Below are positions 11,501 to 21,533 of a DNA stretch of 64,000 nt, piece by piece. The notes beneath the pieces are model-generated. The model was given only the letters and a program-made list of their open reading frames with translations, was not told the DNA's origin and did not search any database. The translations under genes were made by a program, and so were the position numbers. Location of the stretch: IMG/VR virus record IMGVR_UViG_3300030385_002649, positions 306,805 to 370,804 of that record; one strand, given 5' to 3'. Every line of letters begins with the position of its first letter. Within the stretch, counting starts at the first letter, position 1.

Positions 11501-12463
11501 GAAAAATGGGAACGCTACCCAACTTTCATCGAAGTGAGAGCCTTTGCGAACAAGGAAGAACACCTACAATCGATGTTTAGAGACATAGCCAAATACTCCA
11601 GTAAAATGTCCGGATTCGTAGAAAGCCGTATTCACAGCCCGAACATTCTCAATATCCTGCTGGAAGCGTTCGCACAAGGCGGATCAGACGAGATCGATAA
11701 CGCTTTGGAAGAATTCAAACCAAGAGCTGATGAGGTAAGAGGAATCGGGCTTGTAATTGGTGTGGAACGAGAAGAGACTGACGAATTCTACTCCGACCCA
11801 AACCTGCACATGATCAAGAAATTGGCAAAAATTCACAAAGTTGACGCTAAGGACTCGAAAGTTCGCAGTAAGCTGAAGAACTTACTGATTGCTCTACAGT
11901 TAGCAGCTAAAGAAGCTCCAAACGAAGTTGATCCAACGAACGATGATGAAGATCTTCCTAGAATGGACCCAACCAGCGAGCGCGACATCGGTAGAATGTT
12001 GAAACACTGGAAGTCTCTAACACCAAGTTCCCAAAAACGTTTCAAGGGCCTCGCTAAGAACAGCGTAATTCAAGCTAAGAACTCGTCTTCTACGGATACC
12101 ACCAAAGTGAACTACGGTAGACTAGAAGCGACCGTTGCTAAAGAATCTTATACCGTGAAGTACATGGATATAGCGACGGGAAAAGATGGCGTATTGCACT
12201 TTAGCGACGGCCACCAAATGGTGTTCATTGTAGAACCTCTAGGTGAAATCTCCAGAAAAGCTAAAGGCCAATACAGGTCAGAGCTTCGCCAAAAAGGTCA
12301 AGAAGAACTAGATGGGATGGAAACATTCGACATCCCGCGACCTGCATCGGAAACATCCGAGTCGTTTGACCGAGTTGGACAAACCATCCTAGAGATGTTA
12401 TCGCCTAGAATGGATAAAAGAAGATCGGTCGACCCGGAAGACATTGCGTCTTTTATAGACTAA
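8534..12463 (+). CDS. 1309-aa protein with an N-terminal HNH nuclease-like module and a DnaJ-type CxxCxGxG zinc finger; possible head-packaged polyprotein
   Basis: CARPGC..ELDHVD..QNLCRDHHTQKT (HNH-like); CPECRGRG..KCPTCGGE; recurrent xLNE/xLE sites. Confidence 0.75.
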   Translation: MNPNDFDDILDSVLNEKGGYLGKSDSKKKESGKNPSHERYQKSPKRKKLVKSMTSDYDKRNPNSRDLRTKKSTAKRWPNGETAKELKSSGVDVAGKNCARPGCSKPAAELDHVDQSKATYTSSAIPKTQNLCRDHHTQKTRENVKKHGKDVNQHGKAKSEGFDRLIDMALNEGEFPMDQHSDDPLNDRKKIRKTFKTKVGRRKEYKDNSKIELELYRHPETPKILMSPKKSTDREAFHAAASEAGKHPDYYSVTVSKGDREVVYKGPVSNNTIQEVESSKGSSYEPVKGGDNGTGAITILDIPSGKPQLFNISEIKVGEYTLDLSDIIKIDGRVIDPKSLEIIVATTTKPNWLIKAEREWAKDSVSRMSAHDLAVQKTQEKKLQQIAARKKESVDPSLFVHDKMIQRKRAFEALKSKYITPIRELEKEFGFAPNTLDNFSLEKFSDKRHDPSKNKRYFIDLIDHDSEEYEELRKKEIAKTLQSSGNSSKFKELLLPRSGESLVDYENRVTKIEGVASSRGGRGGRNDLVKKRIAINSLLRKYNPVKRTEDGGLQWMSFGPAQELTGIVENIYLLIPKNMGTVTSSLTGEMEESKFPEWLQKNGASRIKGGIADPNQSLYGGGAKKIVDPNTERGVKLKPIDFVTDEELQSAIDSYGNPHLTDGDNEAVLSKTKVLDTFAMKPQEERLPVRKKVLNRIYRDIATDQLGAEQFASLPTNEKKEALKKAREHAREFWNTPRPNNKKPFTEVFDDFLYEMEVEGQYAQIATNSKMSKRTCPECRGRGTIANDAEGVEGDTKKCPTCGGERFIDSGKAKTIDPELMATLVGDAKKILSQLTANKRPTKNDEDAVVNDWVAALMKALPKGFLGSQDTDGNDVIKHRARAMLLKVLESEQRLMRSFKTERTQGNEDDTEGSVWLTTTHETPKISRRVLSHLSTIPKAKEMVRKHIAEPKAGVKWGFQAGGASEEGQVTMPHQKSKTPRVMSIRELSEKWERYPTFIEVRAFANKEEHLQSMFRDIAKYSSKMSGFVESRIHSPNILNILLEAFAQGGSDEIDNALEEFKPRADEVRGIGLVIGVEREETDEFYSDPNLHMIKKLAKIHKVDAKDSKVRSKLKNLLIALQLAAKEAPNEVDPTNDDEDLPRMDPTSERDIGRMLKHWKSLTPSSQKRFKGLAKNSVIQAKNSSSTDTTKVNYGRLEATVAKESYTVKYMDIATGKDGVLHFSDGHQMVFIVEPLGEISRKAKGQYRSELRQKGQEELDGMETFDIPRPASETSESFDRVGQTILEMLSPRMDKRRSVDPEDIASFID

Positions 12464-12804
12464 AGGCCGATAAATTTACCGGCCACGCCCACGATAATAG
12501 AAACAGAGATTTCGGCAGCCTTCTCCCAGAAGGCTTGTACCGATCTAGCTCCGATTGATGCATTTACGAATGACAAATTAGCCATTTGAGCTTCAACGTG
12601 CAAAACAAGATTCGAGACGTCTTCGCCAGCTAATTCTCTAACCCGCAATTTACCCATTAGGGATGCTAAGTTTTCTAGTTGTTCTTTATTGACGTCTTCT
12701 ACTTGTTCCCAGGCGTCTCCTGCGGAGCCTTTGGCAGCTACGAAAATCTGGCTGCCAAATTCTTTTGCCATGTCGCCTAAGGTTTGGTCCCAATTAATAG
12801 CCAT
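12460..12804 (-). CDS. Hypothetical protein with hydrophobic C-terminus
   Basis: Track ORF, 114 aa. Confidence 0.6.
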   Translation of the reverse strand: MAINWDQTLGDMAKEFGSQIFVAAKGSAGDAWEQVEDVNKEQLENLASLMGKLRVRELAGEDVSNLVLHVEAQMANLSFVNASIGARSVQAFWEKAAEISVSIIVGVAGKFIGL

Positions 12805-12806
12805 TG

Positions 12807-13085
12807 TTACTCCGGGATTTCTGTTTTAACGAATTTTGCGCGGAGGTCAGCCAGGTCTTCATGCTTGAGGGCCTCTTCGATTCTAATCGTCCACGTTTTG
12901 ATCGTATTAAATTTTAATTCTCGTTCGAACTCATCCACAACACTGCTGTATAGTGTTAGTAAATTAGGGGTGGCAGCCTTGTAAGTTTTAATGTCGGCTT
13001 CGACATAGCTGTGGTTCAGGTTTGAGCACCCGATCATGAGCAATAGAAATACCGAAATAATTAATGTTCGCATTGTAGTCTTCAT
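12807..13085 (-). CDS. Putative lipoprotein
   Basis: MKTTMRTLIISVFLLLMIG-C signal peptide with lipobox-like Cys. Confidence 0.65.
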   Translation of the reverse strand: MKTTMRTLIISVFLLLMIGCSNLNHSYVEADIKTYKAATPNLLTLYSSVVDEFERELKFNTIKTWTIRIEEALKHEDLADLRAKFVKTEIPE

Positions 13086-13698
13086 GGTTGTTCCTTGTTG
13101 ATTGCATATTTGCATTTCGTAGCGACAGACATGTCGTCTATGTAGGATGTGATCCATTCAAAATCAATTTCAACCTCTTGACTCTTACAGACCTCCTGTA
13201 ATAGCGTAACGACTGTATGCTTTTTGATGGCTCCTTTGTTCTTCTTCATCTCCTTAGACATCGCGAGGACTTCCGCAACTTCCATTTCTTGCATCACTAC
13301 TGTGAAAACGTCTCTTGGTTTAGTCATATCATAGAGTCTTGATAGTTTTTTTGTTTTCACGCCAAACTTAATATCATTATAAAGAATCATGTTCTGTCCG
13401 TTAAATCTCCGAGTTTCCTTCTAAGAAATAAAGCACGAATTTGCTTGTTATCTATATAGTTCTGAAGCTGACCTAGATTAATTCTAGATTGTTCAATAAT
13501 AAATCTGCGACCGGGGGAAATAGTGACCACTCCGCTGCCCACGAATAACAATGAACCACCAAATCCTGTGACGTCCGTCCCAGTAGCTTCGGTATTTAAT
13601 TCAACTTCTAAGTCGGGCTCAGAAACTCCCAGTTGAACAATGCTTTTGCCTATGTTACAAATGTCTACGACGTCGATTACGGTTTCACTATTTGCCAT
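13082..13698 (-). CDS. Two hypothetical genes (13082-13390, 13387-13698)
   Basis: Overlapping track ORFs in one operon. Confidence 0.55.
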
Positions 13699-13710
13699 AT
13701 GTATAGTTTT

Positions 13711-13732
13711 GTAGCCGCCCGAAGGCGGCTAC
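13711..13732. terminator. Perfect hairpin GTAGCCGCC-cgaa-GGCGGCTAC flanked by TTT/AAA; likely intrinsic terminator
   Basis: 9-bp perfect stem directly downstream of the 13779-14408 gene. Confidence 0.7.
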
Positions 13733-13778
13733 AAATATTATTGGGCTTAGATGTCGTGTAGAATATAGAGTCTAGGGT

Positions 13779-14408
13779 TTATGCCGAGGCGGCAGAAACC
13801 GTATAGGTGACACGCAAGATGTCACCACTAGTTACAGCTTGGTCGCCGCCACTAAAGAGGGCGTGTGCCCACAAAACAGGAGTGCCATTGACACTTCCCT
13901 TAGTGTCAGCGTCAGTGCCGCCTCCACCAATCGTGCCACCGGCGATGAAAACGCCAGAAACCGTTGCAGAACCCGTAATGTTGTAATCCAAAAGAGAAGG
14001 ATTAACAAGTTGTTGTGTCGTGGTAGCGTTTGGCGACCATTGGTTACGCTCGGTCTCCGAGTATGTGGTAAACTCGGTCCAGCCAGCATGCACAGCATGA
14101 GTATCAGCGGCTGCAAGAGTCGGACCAGGACCAGTGATTAAGCCCAAGGCCCACCCGGCTAGAGTTGTACCATTTCTGAAGTACAAGTTAAGAGTGCTAT
14201 CTAGACCATCGTCGGTCACAGCGTTCTTAGCGGAGTCGGACCACTTTAGTTGACCCTTGGCGTCGTAACATTCTACTTTGAATGTTCCTCCGATGCCAAG
14301 TGCCGATTTGTCTCCCTTATCTGGAGATTGGCTAAAATTATTCATTGGACCCCTTACTACGAAAGCCTCAGCTCGTTGCGAAATTTTCCATGCACCTGAT
14401 GACGTCAT
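13779..14408 (-). CDS. Phage tail or structural beta-rich protein
   Basis: G/T/A-rich composition; C-terminal pattern ITGSATVSGVFI...LWAHALFSGGDQAVTSGDILRVTYTV, typical of phage tail-associated proteins. Confidence 0.6.
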   Translation of the reverse strand: MTSSGAWKISQRAEAFVVRGPMNNFSQSPDKGDKSALGIGGTFKVECYDAKGQLKWSDSAKNAVTDDGLDSTLNLYFRNGTTLAGWALGLITGPGPTLAAADTHAVHAGWTEFTTYSETERNQWSPNATTTQQLVNPSLLDYNITGSATVSGVFIAGGTIGGGGTDADTKGSVNGTPVLWAHALFSGGDQAVTSGDILRVTYTVSAASA

Positions 14409-14423
14409 TCTACTTATATTTTA

Positions 14424-14957
14424 TTAAAGTAATAACCAATTTAAGATGTATCCAACATGAACCGCCAAACTAAAAACCGAGAAACAAATCAAAGTGGACA
14501 TTACAATATCAGAATGATTATCATCAGCCTTAGGGATGAACTTAGTAGACAAGTCCTCCTCAGGAACCTCACAGTACTTGCCCTTTTCGTCACGGCAAAT
14601 CCAACCCATAACACATTGGGTAGAACTCCCTATATCAATCTTACTAGCAACTCTCTTGATCGTTATAAAAGGACCGGCCCCAGTCGTCTTAGTCCAAACT
14701 TTCCTACCATAAAAAACAGCGTCCTCTAACTCCTTCTCCTTATCTCGCTTCTTCAGATGGACTCTAACGTCATTGTGTATGACTTCAATAGCGTTTAAAA
14801 GCTCTTGCTGGTCTATGAGATGTTGGGTTTTCAAATCCTTAATTTCATTCTCTACACGCTCTTGAAATAAATAGTCCGAATTTAGCCAACTTGTAATGTT
14901 GGATCCTAGATTGGTTGTTGCGCCCCAGTGAGATTGCGCAGGATTCATCAATGGCAT
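14424..14957 (-). CDS. Hypothetical protein with C-terminal TM helix
   Basis: Track ORF, 177 aa; hydrophobic C-terminus. Confidence 0.55.
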   Translation of the reverse strand: MPLMNPAQSHWGATTNLGSNITSWLNSDYLFQERVENEIKDLKTQHLIDQQELLNAIEVIHNDVRVHLKKRDKEKELEDAVFYGRKVWTKTTGAGPFITIKRVASKIDIGSSTQCVMGWICRDEKGKYCEVPEEDLSTKFIPKADDNHSDIVMSTLICFSVFSLAVHVGYILNWLLL

Positions 14958-14998
14958 GATATGCGTCCCGTATTTAACATGATATAATCGAGGTTTGA

Positions 14999-15829
14999 AT
15001 GGACCAATATCTTAATCTTCTCCGTGGCGTTTTAAATGATGGTTCTAAAAAAGATGACCGCACGGGGACTGGGACGATTTCGGTATTCGGCACCCAAACC
15101 AAGTACGACCTCACAAAAGGCTTTCCACTCGTCACGACCAAAAAGATGCACCTAAAGTCAATCATCCACGAACTTCTATGGATTATATCCGGAGACACCA
15201 ATATCAAGTATCTCCAAGATAATAAGGTCAGAATCTGGAACGAATGGGCAAACGAAAACGGTGATTTGGGCCCTGTCTACGGTAAGCAATTGAGAGCCTT
15301 TGGTAAAATGGATGATCTCGGCCTCACACTTAAAGGCGACACTATTAGCATGCCAGGAGTTGACCAAATTTCTGAAGTTATTAAAAACATTAAAGAAAAC
15401 CCATTAAGTAGGAGGCATATCGTTTCAGCGTGGAACCCAATCGATCTGCCTCGCATGGCTCTTCCCCCGTGTCACATGATATTTCAATTTTACGTAAATG
15501 GCGGCGAGTTAAGTTGCCAAATGTACCAAAGAAGCGCGGACTTATTCTTAGGAGTCCCCTTCAACATTGCTAGTTATGCCCTTCTGACTATGATGGTAGC
15601 TCAAGTCTGTGGCCTAAAGGTTAAAGAATTTGTCCACACAATTGGCGATGCTCATATTTATATGAATCATGTCGACCAGGTAAAATTGCAGCTTAACAGA
15701 GAACCAAAACCACTCCCCAAAATGTTGATCAACCCTGACGTGAAAAATATTGACAGTTTCAAGTATGAAGATTTCACCTTAGAAGAATACGAGTATCATC
15801 CAAGGATTAGTGCTAAAGTAGCGGTATGA
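14999..15829 (+). CDS. thyA: Thymidylate synthase
   Basis: [44 protein letters not shown] motifs; TATAAT at 14982-14987 upstream. Confidence 0.98.
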   Translation: MDQYLNLLRGVLNDGSKKDDRTGTGTISVFGTQTKYDLTKGFPLVTTKKMHLKSIIHELLWIISGDTNIKYLQDNKVRIWNEWANENGDLGPVYGKQLRAFGKMDDLGLTLKGDTISMPGVDQISEVIKNIKENPLSRRHIVSAWNPIDLPRMALPPCHMIFQFYVNGGELSCQMYQRSADLFLGVPFNIASYALLTMMVAQVCGLKVKEFVHTIGDAHIYMNHVDQVKLQLNREPKPLPKMLINPDVKNIDSFKYEDFTLEEYEYHPRISAKVAV

Positions 15830-16020
15830 GCCGGTTCAAGGAACTCACAAGGGTCGAGCGTGCCGTCAACAACGGAAACGAAGAGGAACTAAACTGGGCC
15901 AAGCAATATTGCGAAATGCGGCTCAGACACGTTCGAATGAAGAAACACCAAAAGCAGTGGGACAACCTGCTCAGCCGGATTCTTCAGAAACGAGCGGAAG
16001 CGGAAGCTGAGGATGACTAG
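15826..16020 (+). CDS. Small hypothetical protein
   Basis: ATGA-coupled to thyA. Confidence 0.6.
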   Translation: MSRFKELTRVERAVNNGNEEELNWAKQYCEMRLRHVRMKKHQKQWDNLLSRILQKRAEAEAEDD

Positions 16021-16024
16021 TTCG

Positions 16025-17275
16025 TTATTTAAAATAGTCCATTACGAGGGCTAGACTTCTAGTCAAGAGGGATCTTGCTATCATGTCTTGGCTGACTCCG
16101 CTTTCAGATGATAAAAATTCAAGGAACTCCTTATAGTACGGATGGATCTTGCAGGTTAAGCGTTTAAACTCATCGGGCACTTCCAACATGTTAAGATCAG
16201 CCATCGGGTTATTTGGAATAAACTCAAACCTAAAAGTCGGGCCGGATTCGGTAACGTAAGGGTTAGCTACTGCACAATATCCTGGCACGTTGCCATCTTC
16301 GAAAAATTTAATGACTTCTGCTTTGAATTTGATGTCTGAGATATGATCTCGATAGATGTTGCCGTCTTCTATTAGATGATCATAAAGCTTTCGGATGTCG
16401 TCGACGGTGAACTTTTCTCTTAGTTCTGTATAGGTTTCGATTGAAACTCTAAGTTCTATAGGGATTGGCATTTTCAGCCTTGATCTTGTTCTTCTTCATC
16501 AACTTCCTTCTTTTGACGCTCTCTGTAAGCCCGATTTGCGTCCCGGTTCCTTTGTCTATACTCCTCTAGGTTATTCTCACGGATTTTCTTCTTTTGAATA
16601 GCGTCACAGGCTTTACAAGATGCTCTCTTGCCGTCCTTACGCCTTTTATCCGCGTTGAACTCTTCCATCGGAAGTTCTTCTTCACACTTTGTACAGGTCT
16701 TTACTTCGATCATTTTCCAGGTGGTCTATGTTTGTATCCAAGGTGGTAGATTGTCCATTGATGGATGATGAACCCTTGGCCGCACGATACTTCTTTCATA
16801 TTAGTTTCGATTGACAATATGATAGAAAACCTAAGCTCTTTATTGAGATCATCCACCTGCTTCTGGCGTTCAGAAGATCTCATAGGGTCAGTCGGATCCG
16901 AACTGCCGACCATCATGGTCTCTACCCATTTTATTTCGGTTGGGTCCCAGTCTGGCATATAATCAATTCTCCTACAGACCGCCTGAACTTTAGAGGTAAT
17001 AGTTTGTTTTTTAAACCAGGCAGCACTAACGGTCATAACATGAAGTCATTTAGTTTTGATAGACTGTCGGGATCATAAAGATCAAATTGTTTCAACACCA
17101 ACTCCTCCCCGTCTTTCTTATATGATCCCAAAATGCTTAAACCAGAAATAAGAAAACAAAACCGAGCCCCCAAACGTCCCTTCTTAAACCGCAAAAACTT
17201 GTTATCATCCTTCCCACGCAACAATAGGCCATTTTCAGCCGCTAAAATCTTGATTACTTTACAGGCAGATTGCAT
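16025..17275 (-). CDS. Four hypothetical genes; 16474-16713 is a stand-alone CxxC...CxxC zinc module of the kind found N-terminal to HNH/EndoVII nucleases
   Basis: CTKCEEELPMEEFNADKRRKDGKRASCKAC. Confidence 0.6.
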
Positions 17276-17730
17276 TTTGCCAAATCGGTTAAGAGTATTC
17301 CCGATAAATGATCATACTCATGTTGGACACAACGAGCCAACATGCCGTCAACTTCCATCTCGAACATCGAGTCATCCAAGTCTTTAGCCTTCACTACGAT
17401 GCGAACGGGTCTCTCAACATCGATCTGAATTCCAGGAAGAGAAAGACAACCCTCGGCTTCAACGCTGGTCTCTTCACTTCTAAAAGTGATCTCAGGATTA
17501 ATAAAAACAAACTCATGCAACTTCAAATGCTCGTCTTTCAGCCCAACAACGAATATTTGGAAATCCCAACCTATCTGAGGCGCTGCTAAACCGCATCCGC
17601 CAGACGCATGCATTAAATCCAACATGTGGATGATACGTTTCTTCTTCCCGCTAGTCAGGATCTTTACTTGTCTCGCTTTCTTTTTTAGGAGACTGTTTGG
17701 GGCAATTATGATTTTGTCGGGTTTTTTCAT
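17254..17730 (-). CDS. def: Peptide deformylase
   Basis: GCGLAAPQIG, EGCLSLPG, QHEYDHLSG signature motifs. Confidence 0.97.
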   Translation of the reverse strand: MKKPDKIIIAPNSLLKKKARQVKILTSGKKKRIIHMLDLMHASGGCGLAAPQIGWDFQIFVVGLKDEHLKLHEFVFINPEITFRSEETSVEAEGCLSLPGIQIDVERPVRIVVKAKDLDDSMFEMEVDGMLARCVQHEYDHLSGILLTDLAKCNLPVK

Positions 17731-17774
17731 TGTTGTATTTTATATACATATCTTTGTAAACGTAAACTAGGTGC

Positions 17775-18725
17775 ATGATGGAAAAAACCAGCCGAATACT
17801 CATAGCGGGTGCGAGCGGACTAGTAGGAAGCGCAATCTGCAGATTACTAACCTCAAAAGGTTATCACAATGTTTTAGTGCCACGAAGCGCAGAACTAGAC
17901 TTACGGAACTCAGCTAAAGTTTCCACTTACTTTCACGCATACAAACCAGAATTTGTTTTTCTATGTGCGGCTAAGGTGGGAGGAATCTTAGCGAATAAAC
18001 GTGAACCAGCCTCTTTCATTCTAGACAACTTAAAAATTCAAAATAGCGTTATCGAATGGTCACACAGGGCAAGAGTGGAAAAATTGATCTTCTTAGGAAG
18101 TTCCTGTATCTATCCAAAAGACGCTAAACAGCCCATAAAAGAAGAATACTTGCTAACTGGACAACTTGAAGACACCAATAGAGCTTACGCTATCGCTAAA
18201 ATAGCGGGTATCGAAACATGTCAAGCTTATAACCGCCAATATGGGTGCAATTTCGTCAGTGTTATGCCCACTAACTTGTATGGCCCAAATGACAACTTCA
18301 ACTTAGAGTCTAGTCATCTTCTTCCAGCGCTGATCAGAAAGTTCGAGGAAGCTAAGGCTAACGGACACGCTCCAGTTACCTTATGGGGAACAGGCCAGCC
18401 GTTCAGAGAATTACTGCACGTCGACGACTTAGCCGAGGCCCTTCTCACAATCATGAATCATTATGACGGGCCAGAACCAATAAACGTTGGTTCTGGCACC
18501 GATTTGAGAGTATCACAGATCGCTGAATTAGTTCGGTATGTCGTCGGACACGAAGGCGACATCATCTGGGACAAAGAAAAGCCCGACGGGACGCCTCGGA
18601 AGCTCTTGGAAACATCGAAAATTCGCAGTCTGGGGTGGAAGCCAAGAATAGACCTAGAGGACGGCGTGCGTCATACTTGGGAATGGTGGAACAAAGCCAA
18701 ACAAGAAAACACAGTCAGAATATGA
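17775..18725 (+). CDS. fcl: GDP-L-fucose synthase
   Basis: GASGLVGS, AAKVGGILAN, LGSSCIYPK, YAIAKIAG, MPTNLYGPNDNF, PDGTPRKLL. Confidence 0.96.
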   Translation: MMEKTSRILIAGASGLVGSAICRLLTSKGYHNVLVPRSAELDLRNSAKVSTYFHAYKPEFVFLCAAKVGGILANKREPASFILDNLKIQNSVIEWSHRARVEKLIFLGSSCIYPKDAKQPIKEEYLLTGQLEDTNRAYAIAKIAGIETCQAYNRQYGCNFVSVMPTNLYGPNDNFNLESSHLLPALIRKFEEAKANGHAPVTLWGTGQPFRELLHVDDLAEALLTIMNHYDGPEPINVGSGTDLRVSQIAELVRYVVGHEGDIIWDKEKPDGTPRKLLETSKIRSLGWKPRIDLEDGVRHTWEWWNKAKQENTVRI

Positions 18726-19120
18726 CCGAAAGGAAAATCCTTGGCATTCCAGAGTCAGAAATAATCAAGACTTATTTGGGCCCGCTGGCTAAAGATTACG
18801 TTATTCACACTCTCAAGGCTTATAGCCCAAGACAAGGTAAGGTTCTACAAACAAGGATGTATAAACAACTTCCTGATGGCGACGGAGCGCAATTTATAAT
18901 AGCTGTAGCTTGCTCTAGCTCAGGAAAAGTCTATGCAGCGTACCGCACCAATTTAGATGAAGAAAACAACAATGTTGACAATGGGCATTGGGTAGACGTA
19001 AAACGCGAAGTCATTACAATGTATGACCAAGACGGTGAAGAAAAACTCCAAGCATGGGTAACTAATATGGAGTTTAAACACCGAGAGAAATATGGAAAGC
19101 CAGAAGAATCAAGCACTTAA
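18722..19120 (+). CDS. Hypothetical protein
   Basis: MTERKILG...; ATGA-coupled to fcl. Confidence 0.6.
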   Translation: MTERKILGIPESEIIKTYLGPLAKDYVIHTLKAYSPRQGKVLQTRMYKQLPDGDGAQFIIAVACSSSGKVYAAYRTNLDEENNNVDNGHWVDVKREVITMYDQDGEEKLQAWVTNMEFKHREKYGKPEESST

Positions 19121-19430
19121 ATTAATAACTCTAGCACTTCTTAGCCTCTTCGATCTCTTTTCAACATTATTTCTCATAAAAACAGGGTTAGCTTATGAGG
19201 CTAACCCATTGATGGCGCAGATTTTAGATAATGGCGACGGATTAGTAGGATTCGTCGCCATTAAGCTTTTGGCGTTCACTTTTCTGGCTTTTCTTTATCC
19301 TCTTGTGAAGACTCCACGGGCTCAGAAGCTTTTGAACGCTGGGTTGAACTTTTCTTTGTTCGTTTATTCTTGCGTTTTTTGTTGGCATTGTTATCTGATA
19401 GACTACGCCATCCGGGCGAGCGGGGCTTAA
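19092..19430 (+). CDS. DUF5658-like membrane protein
   Basis: DLFST...G..YEANPLMA followed by TM helices. Confidence 0.65.
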   Translation: MESQKNQALKLITLALLSLFDLFSTLFLIKTGLAYEANPLMAQILDNGDGLVGFVAIKLLAFTFLAFLYPLVKTPRAQKLLNAGLNFSLFVYSCVFCWHCYLIDYAIRASGA

Positions 19431-19697
19431 AAGCATCAAGACTAGGCTCGGGTTTAGCGGGGCGCTTGGGGCGCTTGGGGTGTTTCTCTCCTGGCTTTAA
19501 TTTTCCAGAGCCACAACCCTTGCACTTGAAGTTGTTATGAGTCCTGTCGTAAGCCATATACAAATCATCGATTTTAGACCAGTTAATAGCCTCACATTTT
19601 GGACATGACACAATAAAAGCGGACGGACGCTTTCTTTCTACGTCCGTCCACTCGATGACTTTGGACTCTACTTGGGTAAACCCAATCCATAAGAGCA

Positions 19698-20123
19698 TTA
19701 TATATGACCTATCAGGTACGGATTAGGGTGTGATCCGCCAATAAACGAGTCAAGGACCTCTGGGTCGGACACTTGGAATTTCTTGTTGCCAAAAGCGTGC
19801 CCACCCTTCTGTATCCTGATGTCTCCCAGAATATCGAGCAATTCTGGATCAAGATCCTCGACGCTCACCTCAGGCGTTTCCTCTTCAATACCAAGATCGA
19901 TAGAATCCCCGGCCTTCACCATCGAGGGGTCCATCAACTTCATCGACCCATCATACTTGGAGTCGAGAGTGTCAATACTCAAAACAATCTTTCTGATGAG
20001 TTTCAAAGAGGCAGAAGCTGCGTAGCCTTTAGGGGAATCACCCTTGATCTCGCTCAACACATTCTTTGGGGTGTTGTTGACGATTTGGACAATCTCTCGA
20101 AAAATCTCGTGCGGACGGGTCAT
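19698..20123 (-). CDS. Hypothetical protein
   Basis: Likely start MTRPHEIF, after the stop of the protease gene. Confidence 0.55.
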   Translation of the reverse strand: MTRPHEIFREIVQIVNNTPKNVLSEIKGDSPKGYAASASLKLIRKIVLSIDTLDSKYDGSMKLMDPSMVKAGDSIDLGIEEETPEVSVEDLDPELLDILGDIRIQKGGHAFGNKKFQVSDPEVLDSFIGGSHPNPYLIGHI

Positions 20124-20154
20124 TTCGGTTTCCTCTCGAAAACCGTAAGATACA

Positions 20155-20826
20155 CTATCGAGAATTTCTTGGGATAAGTTTTGAAATATCCCTAACGCAA
20201 AGTTCACAAAGTTCCGTTGTGTTAACAATCCAGAACATAGTGCATTTCTTATTATTGCAATGTTGAGGTCTTTTTTCGTTAATAGGGCTGCCATCACGGT
20301 GATCCCTGTCGACAAGACCAAGTGCATGACCTATCTCGTGTAACAAGACCTCCGTATTGCCTAGAGCGGTGCGATTCCTAAAGACTACAATTTCACCTCG
20401 CCCACGATGGAAAGCAGCGACCGAGTCTCTATCGTCATTGACAGAATTGTAATTCCCCGGCAAGAACAACATGAAAAGCCTTAAGTTTCTATCGTCCTTA
20501 AGATCGAAGATCCTCCTGTGTCGGACAACTAAGTTTTTTATCTTGTCCGACGGCCATGAATCTCTTGCCGTCATAATTCTTGTTCTTCGGACAATTTTCA
20601 CGTTATCACGATCAACAATACTATAACGATCTAGACAATCAATTAAGGCTTTGATTGAGTCAGAATGAACATCGCATTTTTCAGTTGGTTGGATCTCGAT
20701 GATGACCGAGTCATAAACGGTGTCCTGATCCTTAATACAGACATAATCGGGTCGGACGTTAGCACAACTAGGAACACAAACCAAAAAGAACAAGAACAAC
20801 AAATACTTTAAAAGTGGCATGTCCAT
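20155..20826 (-). CDS. Secreted or lipoprotein zinc metalloprotease (HExxHxxGxxxxH, archaemetzincin-like)
   Basis: LLHEIGHALGLVDRDH...HC...CTM...C..C; signal peptide ending in Cys. Confidence 0.75.
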   Translation of the reverse strand: MDMPLLKYLLFLFFLVCVPSCANVRPDYVCIKDQDTVYDSVIIEIQPTEKCDVHSDSIKALIDCLDRYSIVDRDNVKIVRRTRIMTARDSWPSDKIKNLVVRHRRIFDLKDDRNLRLFMLFLPGNYNSVNDDRDSVAAFHRGRGEIVVFRNRTALGNTEVLLHEIGHALGLVDRDHRDGSPINEKRPQHCNNKKCTMFWIVNTTELCELCVRDISKLIPRNSR

Positions 20827-20846
20827 ATTTCTATATTTGTCAATAA

Positions 20847-21533
20847 CTATTCGTTATATGGCAAAGCCAACAGGTCTAGCCCACACAGGTTTTTCCAAAC
20901 CAACAGATAACCAAGACGCCCGAGGATTTGGTCCTCTAGAGAAGCATAAGAGTAGGCTTTTTCAATCAAGCCCATCGCAATTTTATGGTTGATTGTTGTA
21001 CTAAGCTCTAATTGCTCACAAGCTGGCCTTTTAAGATTGGCGGGGATGATGTCCATCTTCTTACTCCCCTTGCCGAAACTTGCAACCAGAACCCTAAGCA
21101 TTATCAAACGTTTCACTTGAGGCGTGACAGCTTTCTGGAAAAAAGCTAAGTATCCTTCGCGCCCTAACTCTCTAATTTTCTCGTTCATAAAATTTTGAAT
21201 TAAATCGTCGCATTTTTTCTCAACACCACCGATATAAGAACCGTTTCTCACAGCATGATAGAGACAAGACAATTTGAAAGGATACAAAATATTAGCGTAA
21301 TTCCCAAAAGGAACTTTAGCAAGGGCATTGTTAGGAACGCCCAGGGCCAGAGCTATCTTGGAAATTGACGTTTCCTCGTTTTTGACACTAACTTCAGAAT
21401 TTACCTTGGTTAGTTCGGTGCTATTCTCTGGCTGTTTGTATTTGGACAACTGATGGAGAATAGACTTATTGTTAGGCATGAAATAATTACTTCTAGATTT
21501 GAAGCCACTTATTCGTCTTGGCCTCGCAATCAA
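20847..21533 (-). CDS. Hypothetical protein
   Basis: Track ORF, 228 aa. Confidence 0.55.
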   Translation of the reverse strand: MIARPRRISGFKSRSNYFMPNNKSILHQLSKYKQPENSTELTKVNSEVSVKNEETSISKIALALGVPNNALAKVPFGNYANILYPFKLSCLYHAVRNGSYIGGVEKKCDDLIQNFMNEKIRELGREGYLAFFQKAVTPQVKRLIMLRVLVASFGKGSKKMDIIPANLKRPACEQLELSTTINHKIAMGLIEKAYSYASLEDQILGRLGYLLVWKNLCGLDLLALPYNE

